Positions 47,778 through 57,778 of a stretch of 64,000 nt of DNA are shown here, piece by piece. The translations under genes and the position numbers were made by a program. Each line of letters begins with the position of its first letter. Position 1 is the stretch's first letter. The notes beneath the pieces were generated by a model, which ran no database searches, was not told where the DNA came from, and saw nothing but the letters and a program-made list of their open reading frames with translations. This stretch comes from Minisyncoccota bacterium (GTDB lineage Bacteria > Patescibacteriota > Minisyncoccia > Phycocordibacterales > UBA1006), in the NCBI GenBank assembly GCA_028697455.1, contig JAQVEZ010000002.1:89921-153920 (forward strand), written 5' to 3'.

Positions 47778-48056
47778 ATGAATGTATTGCTGAGTGGTTT
47801 AGTGTTAGGACTTTTTTCTCTTTTTCTATGGAAACAAAGCATGAGTTCTCCAAAAAACCTTAATGTCTATCTCTCGATGAAAACGTCAGCCTTGGTTCCT
47901 GAAGAGCTCATTTTGACTTTCCCGATTGAGTTACAAAAGACACGCTCTCCAAAGAAAAGACAGAAGAAAAATTTTTTTTCTCGAAAACCTTTTCAAAAGC
48001 CTGTAGTTGTACAAAGCGTTTCGCCACGATACGTTATCAAACAGCCTCGTAGTTAG
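47778..48056 (+). CDS. Small hypothetical protein with N-terminal hydrophobic helix and basic tail
   Basis: Fills the intergenic space, preceded by TATACT and followed by a hairpin. Confidence 0.5.
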   Translation: MNVLLSGLVLGLFSLFLWKQSMSSPKNLNVYLSMKTSALVPEELILTFPIELQKTRSPKKRQKKNFFSRKPFQKPVVVQSVSPRYVIKQPRS

Positions 48057-48147
48057 CAGAAAAGAAAAACCCTTAAACATCCCGTCTTCTGATGGGATTT
48101 TTTTTCACTCTGTACATTTTCCAAAAAATCGGTAATATGCTCTTTGT

Positions 48148-48882
48148 ATGAATGAGAAAAATACAGCAGGTTCTCAAGAAGGTGTTTATTCACCTGAGCC
48201 ACGCGTTTACGAATTAGGGTATATCCTTAGCTCAGATGTAAACGAAGGGAACCTTGGAGAAGAGCGAGATGCTCTTGTGGCTCTTATTACTAATTACAAA
48301 GGAATTGTTATTTCAGAAGGACAGCCAGAACTCATTGATCTAGCATATCCAATGTCAAAAGTTATTAATAACAAACGAAAAACCTTTTCACAAGGGTATT
48401 TTGGCTGGATAAAGTTTGATATTATTCCAGATGTTATTAACAAATTTGAAGAAGAGGTAGACGAAAGAACCTCTCTTTTGCGAAAACTTCTTATTAAAAC
48501 GGTCCGAGAAAATACTATTTTTTCAGAACAACCTTACAAGCTTTCAAAATCTTCATCACATAACGAAGAAGGCGATTCAGGATTTTCGTCAGAAGAAGTC
48601 AGTGGTACTTCTCACGAAGACGAGGGGGGAGAAGGAGACGATCTCACCAAGATAGAAGGAATTGGTCCTGTTATTGCTGGGATTCTTAACCAAAATGGAA
48701 TTCACAGTTTCCAAGACCTTTCGTCTTCAAAGGTTGGAGATTTGAGAAATATTCTTAAAGAAAACGAACTTTCTCAACATGACCCTAAGACATGGTCAAA
48801 GCAAGCAACTCTTGCTAAAAATGGAAAATGGGACGAGCTCAAAGTTCTCCAAGATGAACTTATTGGAGGAAGAGAGGCGTAA
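48148..48882 (+). CDS. rpsF: 30S ribosomal protein S6 fused to C-terminal HhH (DUF4332-like) domain
   Basis: YELGYIL, LAYPM.K, GYF; rpsF-ssb-rpsR synteny; tail DDLTKIEGIGP...W.KQA.LA..GKWDELK. Confidence 0.88.
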   Translation: MNEKNTAGSQEGVYSPEPRVYELGYILSSDVNEGNLGEERDALVALITNYKGIVISEGQPELIDLAYPMSKVINNKRKTFSQGYFGWIKFDIIPDVINKFEEEVDERTSLLRKLLIKTVRENTIFSEQPYKLSKSSSHNEEGDSGFSSEEVSGTSHEDEGGEGDDLTKIEGIGPVIAGILNQNGIHSFQDLSSSKVGDLRNILKENELSQHDPKTWSKQATLAKNGKWDELKVLQDELIGGREA

Positions 48883-48931
48883 TCCGTGTTATACTAGAAA
48901 GGTAATTATTCATTAATCTCTTAACTAATAT

Positions 48932-49384
48932 ATGTACTTAAACAAAGCTGTTGTTATTGGGAATCTTACCCGAGACCCAGAACTTAAAAGTCTTCCGTCT
49001 GGAATTAAGGTAACAAGTTTTTCTGTTGCCACTAATCGAGTATGGAAAGACCAAGCAGGACAAAAACAAGAAGCCGTTGATTATCATAACGTTGTTGTTT
49101 TTGGTCGTCAGGCAGAAACAGCCGCACAATATCTTTCAAAGGGATCACAAGTTCTCATCGAAGGAAGAATGCAGACACGCTCTTGGGATGATGCTGGTTC
49201 TGGTAAAAAAATGTACCGAACTGAAATTGTTGCCGATAAAGTACAGTTTGGAAACAGGGGAGGAGGAATGTCTGCTCCGCGGGAAGAAAACCCACAGGGA
49301 GCACCAGAAGCCCCTGAAGCCCCAGATTTTGATGGAATTGACTACCCAGAAGAAGAGATTAATCCAGACGATATTCCTTTCTAA
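48932..49384 (+). CDS. ssb: Single-stranded DNA-binding protein
   Basis: [21 protein letters not shown]-terminal DDIPF. Confidence 0.97.
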   Translation: MYLNKAVVIGNLTRDPELKSLPSGIKVTSFSVATNRVWKDQAGQKQEAVDYHNVVVFGRQAETAAQYLSKGSQVLIEGRMQTRSWDDAGSGKKMYRTEIVADKVQFGNRGGGMSAPREENPQGAPEAPEAPDFDGIDYPEEEINPDDIPF

Positions 49385-49425
49385 TACAGTTTTTATTAAA
49401 AATTAGTTTACTTGATATTTATTTT

Positions 49426-49629
49426 ATGAAACAGAATTGTTTTTTTAAACAAAACGGTATTAAACATATCGACTACAAAGACGCTGAACTTTTGAAAAAA
49501 TTCCTCACTCCTAATGCTCGAATTATGGGAAGAAAACGAACAGGAACATCAGCAAAGATGCAACGACAATTAGCCCTTGCTATCAAACGAGCACGATTTA
49601 TGGGACTACTCCCTTATATCCGATCATAA
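49426..49629 (+). CDS. rpsR: 30S ribosomal protein S18
   Basis: IDYKD, RTG, QRQL..AIKRAR..GLLPY. Confidence 0.96.
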   Translation: MKQNCFFKQNGIKHIDYKDAELLKKFLTPNARIMGRKRTGTSAKMQRQLALAIKRARFMGLLPYIRS

Positions 49630-49657
49630 AAAAATACCTCAAAAGAGGTATTTTTTT
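49628..49657. terminator. Bidirectional terminator rpsR/efp
   Basis: AAAAAAATACCTC-aaaa-GAGGTATTTTTTT. Confidence 0.85.
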
Positions 49658-50240
49658 ATGCTTTTGAAACTCGTTCGGTATAAGAACCCGTTTCAGTATT
49701 AAGAGCAATAACGTCTCCCGTGTTAATAAAGAGAGGAACGGTTATTTTATATCCGGTTGAGAGCGTTACTAATTTGTCTCCGCCCGTTGCAGTATTTCCT
49801 TTGATAGATGGGGGGGCCTCAACAACCTCAAGCTCAACGCGAATAGGAAGTTTGAGCCCAATAATTTTTTCCTCACCCTCATCATTGGTAAAGACGATGG
49901 CTTCAATGGTATCTTTTTCCTTAATAAAATTGAAGGCATTTCCAACAACTTCTTCAGTCAAAGCAAAACGGTCACGAGGATTTCCTTCTGGGTGAAAATA
50001 AAATTCTGGTCCTTTTCGGTAAATATACGAAATATTTTTTCGTGACATATCTGCTTCTTCGGCAGTATCAGATGATTGGAAAGTATACTCAATGACTCTT
50101 CCTGATATGAGCGATTTGAGCTTAGTTTTATTTACTGGTTTTCGTTGTTGCTGTCGAGAAACCTGTGAATCAACAACCTCAAAAGGCTCATTGTTAAGGA
50201 TAATATATTTTCTTTCTTTGATTTCGTTATAATTTAACAT
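49656..50240 (-). CDS. efp: Elongation factor P
   Basis: KLKSLISG, PPSIKGNTATGG.K, L.TG....VPLFI..GD.I..NT.TG.Y.ER. Confidence 0.93.
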   Translation of the reverse strand: MLNYNEIKERKYIILNNEPFEVVDSQVSRQQQRKPVNKTKLKSLISGRVIEYTFQSSDTAEEADMSRKNISYIYRKGPEFYFHPEGNPRDRFALTEEVVGNAFNFIKEKDTIEAIVFTNDEGEEKIIGLKLPIRVELEVVEAPPSIKGNTATGGDKLVTLSTGYKITVPLFINTGDVIALNTETGSYTERVSKA

Positions 50241-50289
50241 ACCTATTTATAGTAACGATAAGCCATTTTTCTGCAAGCCAAAACCCTTC

Positions 50290-50634
50290 CTAAGAAGGGT
50301 TTTCAATTTCTTGCTTATATTCTTTTTCAATTCCTTTTTGTAATTGTTTGCGAGCTCTTTCGTAATCCCAGTCACTAAAAGTTTGGTGAGTCCAGAGAAA
50401 ATTAAAGATTCCAATAAGCACCGGAATAATAAATCTCTTTTCTTCAAAAGAGGAGATAAGCCCGATACAAACGAGAATGAGAAGGGTAAGGAAAATGTAA
50501 TTGGCACGCCAGATGAAGGCTCTCTTCTTTCTTGAGGAAAAGAGAACATAGACTGAATTTGAAAAGAAAAATAATACTGAAATAACAAGAACGGTCCAAA
50601 ACAAGATACTCGGGATAAGGACTATAAATTTCAT
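50290..50634 (-). CDS. Small membrane protein, unknown function
   Basis: Three hydrophobic segments; co-oriented between recJ and efp. Confidence 0.55.
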   Translation of the reverse strand: MKFIVLIPSILFWTVLVISVLFFFSNSVYVLFSSRKKRAFIWRANYIFLTLLILVCIGLISSFEEKRFIIPVLIGIFNFLWTHQTFSDWDYERARKQLQKGIEKEYKQEIENPS

Positions 50635-50657
50635 TGCATAAGGTTCTTTTGTTTATT

Positions 50658-52373
50658 TTAACCTTTTTCAAGATAATCAACAATACGAATACGAAGTTCT
50701 TTTTTTCCCATAAAATAAGATTGTTCAATGTGTCCAAGAATGAGTCCTCCGACGCCAAGCTCAGGAACAAAGGAGAAATCTTCTTTTTCACGGAAGAATG
50801 AAATGGCTCGTAATGATGTATTCCCGTTTTTGAAAGAAAGTTCAAAATGCTCAGAACCTTTTCCAAATTGTTTTACCGACGTGGGAATAATTCCCTTAAA
50901 GAGGAAAAGAGGTTTCTCGTTCCCAGCGCCAAAGGGACCAAGTTTTTGTATTTCTTTATAAAGAGATTCGTTTATTTCATGAAGTTCAATAACATCATCA
51001 TAGACAAAAGATTCTTCATCAGGAACCTCTTTTGTGGGGAAGTTTTTTAAAAGGCGTTCTTCGAGAAAATGAACTTCGTTTTTATCACAACTAAAACCAC
51101 CTGCCTCCTTATGCCCACCAAACTGAATAAAAGTTTCTTTTGGAGCACGTTCCATAATTTCAACAAGGTTGAATCCATTGTAGCTCCGGCAAGATCCTTT
51201 GACGACCCCATTTTCAAGGGACCAAACGAAAGCTGGTTTTTGGTATTTTTCTACGAGCTTTGAGGCAATGAGCCCAAGAATTCCGGCTTGCCAGTCAGGA
51301 CTTCCAACAACAATAATATCTTTGAGCTCTTTTTTCTCTACTTTTGCATAGGCTTGTTTTGACGTTTGAGCAACGAGTAATTTTCTTTTTTTGTTGAGAT
51401 CTTCGAGATGCTTAACACTGCTTTCGGCATCAACATCACTCTCCGCAAGAAAGACCGCAAGGGCATCCTCTGGTTTTCCCATACGAGAAGCAGCATTGAT
51501 TTTGGGAGCAATTCCAAAAGAAACGTCTTCCTCATTAAGGTGATTGAGAGAAGCCCCGCTTTTCCAGATGAGACTTTTGAGACCCTTTCGTTTTGTTTTT
51601 TGTATAACCTTGAGCCCAAAATAAGCAAAAATTCTATTTTCATTAAGGAGAGGAACCATATCAGAAATAGTTGCGATTCCTACCATATCCAAAAGCCATT
51701 TTTCCCAACCCTTTGAAATATGAAATTCCTTTCCGTAACGAATAAGAAACGCCTGCACAAGTTTAAAAGCAACGCCACTCCCTGCAAGCATGGGGTCAGG
51801 ATAGAAACATTCTTCTCGTTTTGGGTTTACAACGGCAAAAGCCTTTGGGAGAAATTCTTTGCCGTCTTTTGTTTCAGGAAGATGGTGATCGGTAATAATG
51901 AGATCGATATCATTGTTCGTGCACCAATCTGCTGCTTCATGTGCTGTGATGCCCACATCAACACTAATGATGAGAGGTTTTTTTTCGGAGGTAATTTTCT
52001 CAAGAGCTTCTTGGTGAATACCATAGCCTTCGTCATAACGATGGGGAATGTAAATCTCGTAATGAGGGTAGTGTATTTTTTTAAAAAGAGAAGAGAGAAT
52101 GATAGCCGCAGGAATTCCGTCAGCATCATAATCAGCATAAATAACAATGGACTCTTTATTTTGTATTGCTCGATAAAGTCTTTCTACAGCAAGAAGCATG
52201 TCTTTCATGAGGAAGGGGTCGTAATTTTTTTCAAATTGAGGATTTAAAAAATCCTCTGCGTCAGAAACACTGAGGATGTTTCTATTATAGAGAAGCTGTG
52301 CAAGGTGAGGTGAATATTTTTTGCGAAGCTCGTGTTGTTCTGGAATGCTCTCTTGTCGTTCAATCAGCGCCAT
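50658..52373 (-). CDS. recJ: Single-stranded DNA exonuclease RecJ
   Basis: DYDADG, EGYG, TDHH, P.INAASR, GS.RS, FGGH..AGG, PFG.GN..P.F. Confidence 0.95.
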   Translation of the reverse strand: MALIERQESIPEQHELRKKYSPHLAQLLYNRNILSVSDAEDFLNPQFEKNYDPFLMKDMLLAVERLYRAIQNKESIVIYADYDADGIPAAIILSSLFKKIHYPHYEIYIPHRYDEGYGIHQEALEKITSEKKPLIISVDVGITAHEAADWCTNNDIDLIITDHHLPETKDGKEFLPKAFAVVNPKREECFYPDPMLAGSGVAFKLVQAFLIRYGKEFHISKGWEKWLLDMVGIATISDMVPLLNENRIFAYFGLKVIQKTKRKGLKSLIWKSGASLNHLNEEDVSFGIAPKINAASRMGKPEDALAVFLAESDVDAESSVKHLEDLNKKRKLLVAQTSKQAYAKVEKKELKDIIVVGSPDWQAGILGLIASKLVEKYQKPAFVWSLENGVVKGSCRSYNGFNLVEIMERAPKETFIQFGGHKEAGGFSCDKNEVHFLEERLLKNFPTKEVPDEESFVYDDVIELHEINESLYKEIQKLGPFGAGNEKPLFLFKGIIPTSVKQFGKGSEHFELSFKNGNTSLRAISFFREKEDFSFVPELGVGGLILGHIEQSYFMGKKELRIRIVDYLEKG

Positions 52374-52423
52374 ATATATCAAGTATAACATAAATTTCCG
52401 TTTATTTTTGGTATACTTTTCTT

Positions 52424-52804
52424 ATGGAAAAAAGTATTTTTAAGAAAATTATTGATAAAGAGATCCCCGCACACATTCTCTATGAAGACGAGCATTTTTT
52501 AGTGTTTCTTGATAATAACCCAGAGGCTCTGGGACACAGCCTTGTGATTCCCAAAGAAGAAGTTCGTTGGGTTTGGGATACTGAGCATTATCAAGAATAC
52601 TGGAATCTCGTGAGAAAGATTGCAAAAACACTCCAAAGAGTATTCAAAACAGAATGGATTATTTCAAAGGTGGTAGGAGATGAGGTTCCTCACGCCCACG
52701 TGCATCTTTTTCCGGGAGGGATGACAAAAGATGGTACAGAAAAAGATTTTGAAACTATCGCCAAGGTAATAAAAAAAGAGCTTCACGAGGAAACCCTTTT
52801 GTGA
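52424..52804 (+). CDS. HIT family nucleotide hydrolase
   Basis: IFKKII..EIP, GH.LVIPK, VPHAHVH. Confidence 0.93.
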   Translation: MEKSIFKKIIDKEIPAHILYEDEHFLVFLDNNPEALGHSLVIPKEEVRWVWDTEHYQEYWNLVRKIAKTLQRVFKTEWIISKVVGDEVPHAHVHLFPGGMTKDGTEKDFETIAKVIKKELHEETLL

Positions 52805-52819
52805 GAGAAATAAAAAATT

Positions 52820-53335
52820 TTAATAAAAAGCTTTCTCTCTTTTCTTTTTCGTTGTAACAGTAAGTGCGTTATCAAGGTCTCGTGTTATTTCTTCCGTGAG
52901 CCTTGTGAGCCATTGGATGTTGTTAATTCTTTCACCGAGCTTCATTTGAAAATTTTTCTCTTGAATCTCTTCAAGGGCCTCGATGATGTAAATCATTTTT
53001 TTCATTGATGGATAAAAATGAATTTCATCACAGGTGACAGAACTCATTTCTTCTTTACTGAGTCCATTCTCCTTAAGAAGAATTAAAACTTCTTTACTTT
53101 TTTCTAAAAAGTTTTTTGTAAGAGTTTGATGACCCTTTTCAATTTTTTTTGGAGTATTTCCATTCAGAGTCACAGTGTTTTCCCCGATAAGAGGTGCAAC
53201 TTTTTGTTGTAAGAATTTTTGATATCGTACCGCCCCATCTTTAAACTCTTTGAAAATCTTTGAACGAAGAATCCAAAATACCGTTAAATAACTTTTCCTG
53301 TCCATATATAAAATTTTTAGTTTATTTTCTTCCAT
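52820..53335 (-). CDS. Hypothetical protein
   Basis: Open frame between the HIT gene and comEC; start at MEENK avoids overlap with comEC. Confidence 0.55.
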   Translation of the reverse strand: MEENKLKILYMDRKSYLTVFWILRSKIFKEFKDGAVRYQKFLQQKVAPLIGENTVTLNGNTPKKIEKGHQTLTKNFLEKSKEVLILLKENGLSKEEMSSVTCDEIHFYPSMKKMIYIIEALEEIQEKNFQMKLGERINNIQWLTRLTEEITRDLDNALTVTTKKKREKAFY

Positions 53336-53353
53336 ATTACAATAGAAAGGATT

Positions 53354-54835
53354 GTGGTCAAGTCTTTTGTTATAGGTTTTATCATAGGCATTTTGGGACA
53401 ATCTCTTTTTGCTCCTCATACACACTTGTTTCTTTTGTCACTTGTGCTTTCGCTTGTTTCGCTCTTTTTTATTTTTTTGAGGTCAAAAAAATATCTTATT
53501 ATTACCTGCGCTCTTTTAGGAATATCTACCGGTCTTTTAAGATTTTCTTTTACAGTTTCTGATCATGAAGCTCATATTTTTGATGCTTTTACAGAAGAAA
53601 GAGAAAAAATTGCAGTTCGTGGAACGATATCTTCCGATCCTGTGTATGGTCTTTCATATACAGAGTTTGTTCTTAATACAGAAGGTCTTTTTATCCCAGG
53701 AGGAGATGAAGAAATTATTTCAACAAAAGTTTTAGTCAGAGCTGACAGTTATCAAACTTTTGAATACGGTGAGAGAGTTCTGGTTCAGGCAATTCCTCAA
53801 AAACCCCAGGCATTTGAAACAGAGACTGAACGTATTTTTAACTATGATAATTATCTTGCGAAGGATTCTATTTATTACATTTTTTCTTATGCTGAGGTAA
53901 ACAAACTCGAAGAAGGAAAAAAGAGCCTCCAAAGGTCTCTGTATCGTTTAAAAACTTTTTTCCTTTCTCATGCATATCGCTCAATACCAAATCCTGAATC
54001 AGGATTTCTTGCTGGAATTCTTTTTGGAGAAAAGTCAGCACTCTCAAAAGATTATGATGAAGCTTTTCGTGTTGTTGGGCTGAGTCACATCGTTGTTCTT
54101 TCTGGGTATAACATGAGTGTTGTTGTAGTACTGCTCATGTCGATTCTTTCTTTCCTACGAAGGGAAGTGCGTTCGGTTGTTGCTCTTTGTGGCATTACGG
54201 CCTTTGCTCTTCTGGTTGGGGCAGGTCCGACGGTGGTGCGTGCGTCACTGATGGCATCATTGCTTGTTATTGCAAATCTTTTTGGACGAGAGTATCGTAT
54301 TGACCGAGCTTTGATAATAGCAGGTGTTGTTATGGTGGTGTTTAATCCACGGATTCTTTTGTTTGATATTTCGTTTCAACTTTCATTCCTTGCTACCTAC
54401 GGCCTCATTAAAATTTCTCCGTGGATGACTTATGTTGTACGCTTTCTCCCAACAAAGTTTCTCATTCGAGAAAGTGCTTCGGCAACACTTTCTGCTCAGC
54501 TTATGGTGACGCCTCTTATTTTGTACAAGATGGGAAATATGTCACTCATTTCTCCTCTTGCTAATATTCTTGTGCTCCCCATTATTCCTCTTGCGATGGG
54601 AGTTGGTTTTCTCGAAGCCCTTGTTTCAATGGTGATTCCCGTTGCGCTCGAACCCTTTGCTTTTGTTGCTACGATAATTCTCCGATACCCACTCTGGATT
54701 GCAAAAACCTTCTCTTCAATTACTCTCGCATCTTTTAATATTCCACCTTTTCATTGGGCACTGATGATTCTTGCCTACGTTCTTCTTCTTCGGTATATAA
54801 ACAAGTTTTCAGAGAAACAAACGACCACCCTGTGA
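53354..54835 (+). CDS. comEC: ComEC/Rec2 competence channel (DUF4131 + competence domain)
   Basis: G.SHIVVLSGYN, VRASLM, NP..L.DISFQLSFLAT, N...LP. Confidence 0.92.
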   Translation: MVKSFVIGFIIGILGQSLFAPHTHLFLLSLVLSLVSLFFIFLRSKKYLIITCALLGISTGLLRFSFTVSDHEAHIFDAFTEEREKIAVRGTISSDPVYGLSYTEFVLNTEGLFIPGGDEEIISTKVLVRADSYQTFEYGERVLVQAIPQKPQAFETETERIFNYDNYLAKDSIYYIFSYAEVNKLEEGKKSLQRSLYRLKTFFLSHAYRSIPNPESGFLAGILFGEKSALSKDYDEAFRVVGLSHIVVLSGYNMSVVVVLLMSILSFLRREVRSVVALCGITAFALLVGAGPTVVRASLMASLLVIANLFGREYRIDRALIIAGVVMVVFNPRILLFDISFQLSFLATYGLIKISPWMTYVVRFLPTKFLIRESASATLSAQLMVTPLILYKMGNMSLISPLANILVLPIIPLAMGVGFLEALVSMVIPVALEPFAFVATIILRYPLWIAKTFSSITLASFNIPPFHWALMILAYVLLLRYINKFSEKQTTTL

Positions 54836-54847
54836 TATAATAAAAAT

Positions 54848-55441
54848 ATGAAACATTCTCATCAACAGCACATTATTACTATTGGAGGGAAACCAGGAAG
54901 CGGAAAAAGTAGCACAGCAAAACAGCTCGCGGAGCTTCTTGGATATCAGCATTTTTCAAGTGGAGATTTCTTGCGAGAAGTTGCTCACAAAAGAGGAATG
55001 AGTATTAAAGAACTCATTGAACAAGCTGAAAAAGACGAATCGATTGATAAAGAGATTGATGAGCTTCTTGCGGCAAAGGCACAGGATGAAAATTTTGTTC
55101 TCGATTCACGCCTTGCTTTTCATTGGATTCCTCATTCATACAAGGTCTTTCTCGATATCCAGCCCGAACAAGCTGCCGCGAGGGTTTTTCACGATCTTAA
55201 AAACAACCCACTTCGTCAAAAAAGCGAAGGAACTTCCGAAGAAAATCTTTTAGCTCATGAATTAAGATTAAGGCATGAAAAAGATCTCGAACGTTATCAA
55301 AAATACTATCAGGTTGACTATGCAAATCCTGAGCACTTTGATCTTGTTATCGATACGGGAAATCCCAAGCACGATCTTCCGTATGTCGTCCAAAAGATAC
55401 ATGCTTCATACGAAGAATCATTGAGAAAAAATAATCTATGA
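54848..55441 (+). CDS. Cytidylate kinase (archaeal-type family)
   Basis: ITIGGKPGSGKS, S.G..R, ID..ID, DSRL, RY..YY.VD, DLVIDT. Confidence 0.8.
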   Translation: MKHSHQQHIITIGGKPGSGKSSTAKQLAELLGYQHFSSGDFLREVAHKRGMSIKELIEQAEKDESIDKEIDELLAAKAQDENFVLDSRLAFHWIPHSYKVFLDIQPEQAAARVFHDLKNNPLRQKSEGTSEENLLAHELRLRHEKDLERYQKYYQVDYANPEHFDLVIDTGNPKHDLPYVVQKIHASYEESLRKNNL

Positions 55442-56304
55442 AATTACAGAAGCTCACCTTTGTTATTGGATCTTTTGTAATACTCTGTCTTTCTTTTGTA
55501 TATCTTTCGTCTTTATTAAAAAAACCACAAGATCTCAAAATCATTTTTCTTGACGTAGGACAAGGCGATTCAATTCTTATTCTTACCCCTATGAAAAAAG
55601 TCCTCCTCATTGATGCGGGAGGAGGAAATGATATTGACCGAAAAATTAATACCTATCTTCCCATAAACAAAAGAACTCTCGACATGTTGTTTTTTACTCA
55701 CCCAGACCTCGATCATGTTGGAGGAGCTTTAAGTCTCTTTCGAAGATTCAAAATCAAAAATCTTTTTCATTCAGGACTCTTTGCTGGAAACGAAGTTTAT
55801 GAGGCAATAGCAAATTATAGTCATAAGGCACTCATTCCAAGCAGAGAGCTTTCTCTTGGCGACACCTTTATGATTGAACCAGGGCTTTCTTTAGTAGTTT
55901 TTTCTCCTCATCCAGAGCTCAGGTCGTATGAAGCGAATGATTATTCATTGGTGATGAAACTTGTCTATCACAACACCTCAGTTCTTCTTACGGGAGACGC
56001 AACACAGTTTGTTGAAAATGAACTTATAAATATTTTTGGAAATAATCTTGATTCCGATATTCTCAAGGTAGGGCATCATGGCTCAAACACCTCAACCTCA
56101 GCAGCATTCCTTGATGCTGTTCATCCTGAATACACCGTCCTCTCGTATGGGTGTACCAATAGCTACGGACATCCTCATCCAAACGTTGTCAGCACACTCT
56201 ACAAAAAGAAAGTCCAGGTTCTCGACACCTGTATGATGGGGGACATTGTCTTTCGGTCTGATGGAGAGAGTTTTTTTCTTGAAACAACTCACATAAAAAA
56301 ATAA
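55438..56304 (+). CDS. ComEC-type metallo-beta-lactamase fold nuclease (stand-alone)
   Basis: FLDVGQGD, THPDLDHVGG, LLTGD, LKVGHHGS, N.YGHPH. Confidence 0.9.
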   Translation: MKLQKLTFVIGSFVILCLSFVYLSSLLKKPQDLKIIFLDVGQGDSILILTPMKKVLLIDAGGGNDIDRKINTYLPINKRTLDMLFFTHPDLDHVGGALSLFRRFKIKNLFHSGLFAGNEVYEAIANYSHKALIPSRELSLGDTFMIEPGLSLVVFSPHPELRSYEANDYSLVMKLVYHNTSVLLTGDATQFVENELINIFGNNLDSDILKVGHHGSNTSTSAAFLDAVHPEYTVLSYGCTNSYGHPHPNVVSTLYKKKVQVLDTCMMGDIVFRSDGESFFLETTHIKK

Positions 56305-56324
56305 CAACGAAGTTTCCTTCGTTG

Positions 56325-56570
56325 TTATTTTATCAAACCAGCTTTTTTAAGGGTTTGGTAAGCTCCATTTTTCTTGATAGTTTTGATAGCGTTTGTTGAA
56401 ATACGCATAACAAAGGTTTGATCAAGCTCTGGAACATAAATTCTCTTCTTCTGGAGGTTAGGGAATCGTCGTCGTTTTCCTCGAGGGTTAAACTCAGTCG
56501 CACGAGTTCGATTGCTGTAACCACCTCCTACTTGAGAACTTTTCTGTGTAATTGGACAAGTTCGTGACAT
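56325..56570 (-). CDS. rpmB: 50S ribosomal protein L28
   Basis: MSRTCPIT.K, RR.FPNLQKK, IST.AIKTI.K.G. Confidence 0.92.
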   Translation of the reverse strand: MSRTCPITQKSSQVGGGYSNRTRATEFNPRGKRRRFPNLQKKRIYVPELDQTFVMRISTNAIKTIKKNGAYQTLKKAGLIK

Positions 56571-56649
56571 ATTATTGTTGTTTATTACATACAAACGTGC
56601 GCTGCACGCCCTCTTGGTAATAAAAGGATATTAGCATATACTTGAAACT

Positions 56650-57246
56650 ATGCAAGTTGAAAGTATCTTTTTTATTATCACTCTTCTCATCTCTATTATC
56701 TTTCATGAGGTCGCTCATGGCTATGTTGCGTATCGCTTAGGAGACCCAACTGCCAAGTCTTTAGGGCGACTTTCGTTGAACCCTTTGGTTCACCTTGAAT
56801 GGTTTGGTTCCGTAATTCTTCCAGGAATGATGATTCTTACAGGGATGCCTTTTGTCTTTGGTTGGGCAAAACCAGTCCCTTTCAACGTAACTTATTTCAA
56901 AAAACCAGAACAGGGAACACGTCTCGTTGCTGCTGCAGGTCCTTTGACCAATATAGCCCTCGCATTATTTGGGGCAGCGATGTACCACCTTCTTCCTTTG
57001 GGAGAAACAGGAGCGCTCTTTTTTGGAACTTTGGTCGTTATCAATATTGTTCTCGCTATTTTTAACCTCCTTCCCATTCCACCGCTTGATGGTCATCATA
57101 TTCTTTTTTCCCTTCTCCCACGTTCTTTTGACGGGATTAAGGCCTTTTTACGTCAATATGCGCTCATTATTTTGATAGCTTTTCTTGTCTTTGGTTTTGG
57201 TCTTATCGAGCCATTGATGATGTTTGTTATTAACATTCTCCTTTAG
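56650..57246 (+). CDS. Site-2 protease (M50) family
   Basis: HEVAHG, GDPTAK..GRLSLNP, AAGP..N, FNLLPIPPLDG. Confidence 0.93.
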   Translation: MQVESIFFIITLLISIIFHEVAHGYVAYRLGDPTAKSLGRLSLNPLVHLEWFGSVILPGMMILTGMPFVFGWAKPVPFNVTYFKKPEQGTRLVAAAGPLTNIALALFGAAMYHLLPLGETGALFFGTLVVINIVLAIFNLLPIPPLDGHHILFSLLPRSFDGIKAFLRQYALIILIAFLVFGFGLIEPLMMFVINILL

Positions 57247-57347
57247 AGAGGAAAAAGACTCCCACGTTCTTGCAATTTTTATAATTTATAGTAATGTCTT
57301 CAACATATGACCCTCCACAAGGAGGCGTTATTTTGTAAAGAATATAT

Positions 57348-57761
57348 ATGCCGAAAATTAATCAACTTATTAGAAAGGGTCGACAGTCTCAAAAAGCACA
57401 GCCAAAAGCCATTGCTCTCCGACGTGGATTCAACTCCCTTCAAAATAAACCAACTCGATACCCATCTCCATTCAAACGTGGAGTGTGTACCAAGGTAACC
57501 ACTACGACTCCAAAAAAGCCTAACTCAGCGCTTCGAAAGATTGCTCGAGTTCGACTTACCAACCATATGGAGGTAACTGCGTATATCCCAGGAATGGGAC
57601 ACAAATTGCAGGAACACAGCGTGGTACTCTTGCGAGGAGGTCGTGTGAAAGACTTGATTGGAGTTCGTTATACCGTTGTGCGAGGAGTTCTCGATGCTAC
57701 GGGAGTAGACGGACGAAAGAAATCACGATCACGATACGGAGTAAAGAAACCAAAGGAATAA
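57348..57761 (+). CDS. rpsL: 30S ribosomal protein S12
   Basis: [33 protein letters not shown]. Confidence 0.98.
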   Translation: MPKINQLIRKGRQSQKAQPKAIALRRGFNSLQNKPTRYPSPFKRGVCTKVTTTTPKKPNSALRKIARVRLTNHMEVTAYIPGMGHKLQEHSVVLLRGGRVKDLIGVRYTVVRGVLDATGVDGRKKSRSRYGVKKPKE

Positions 57762-57778
57762 GAGATATATAATAGATT

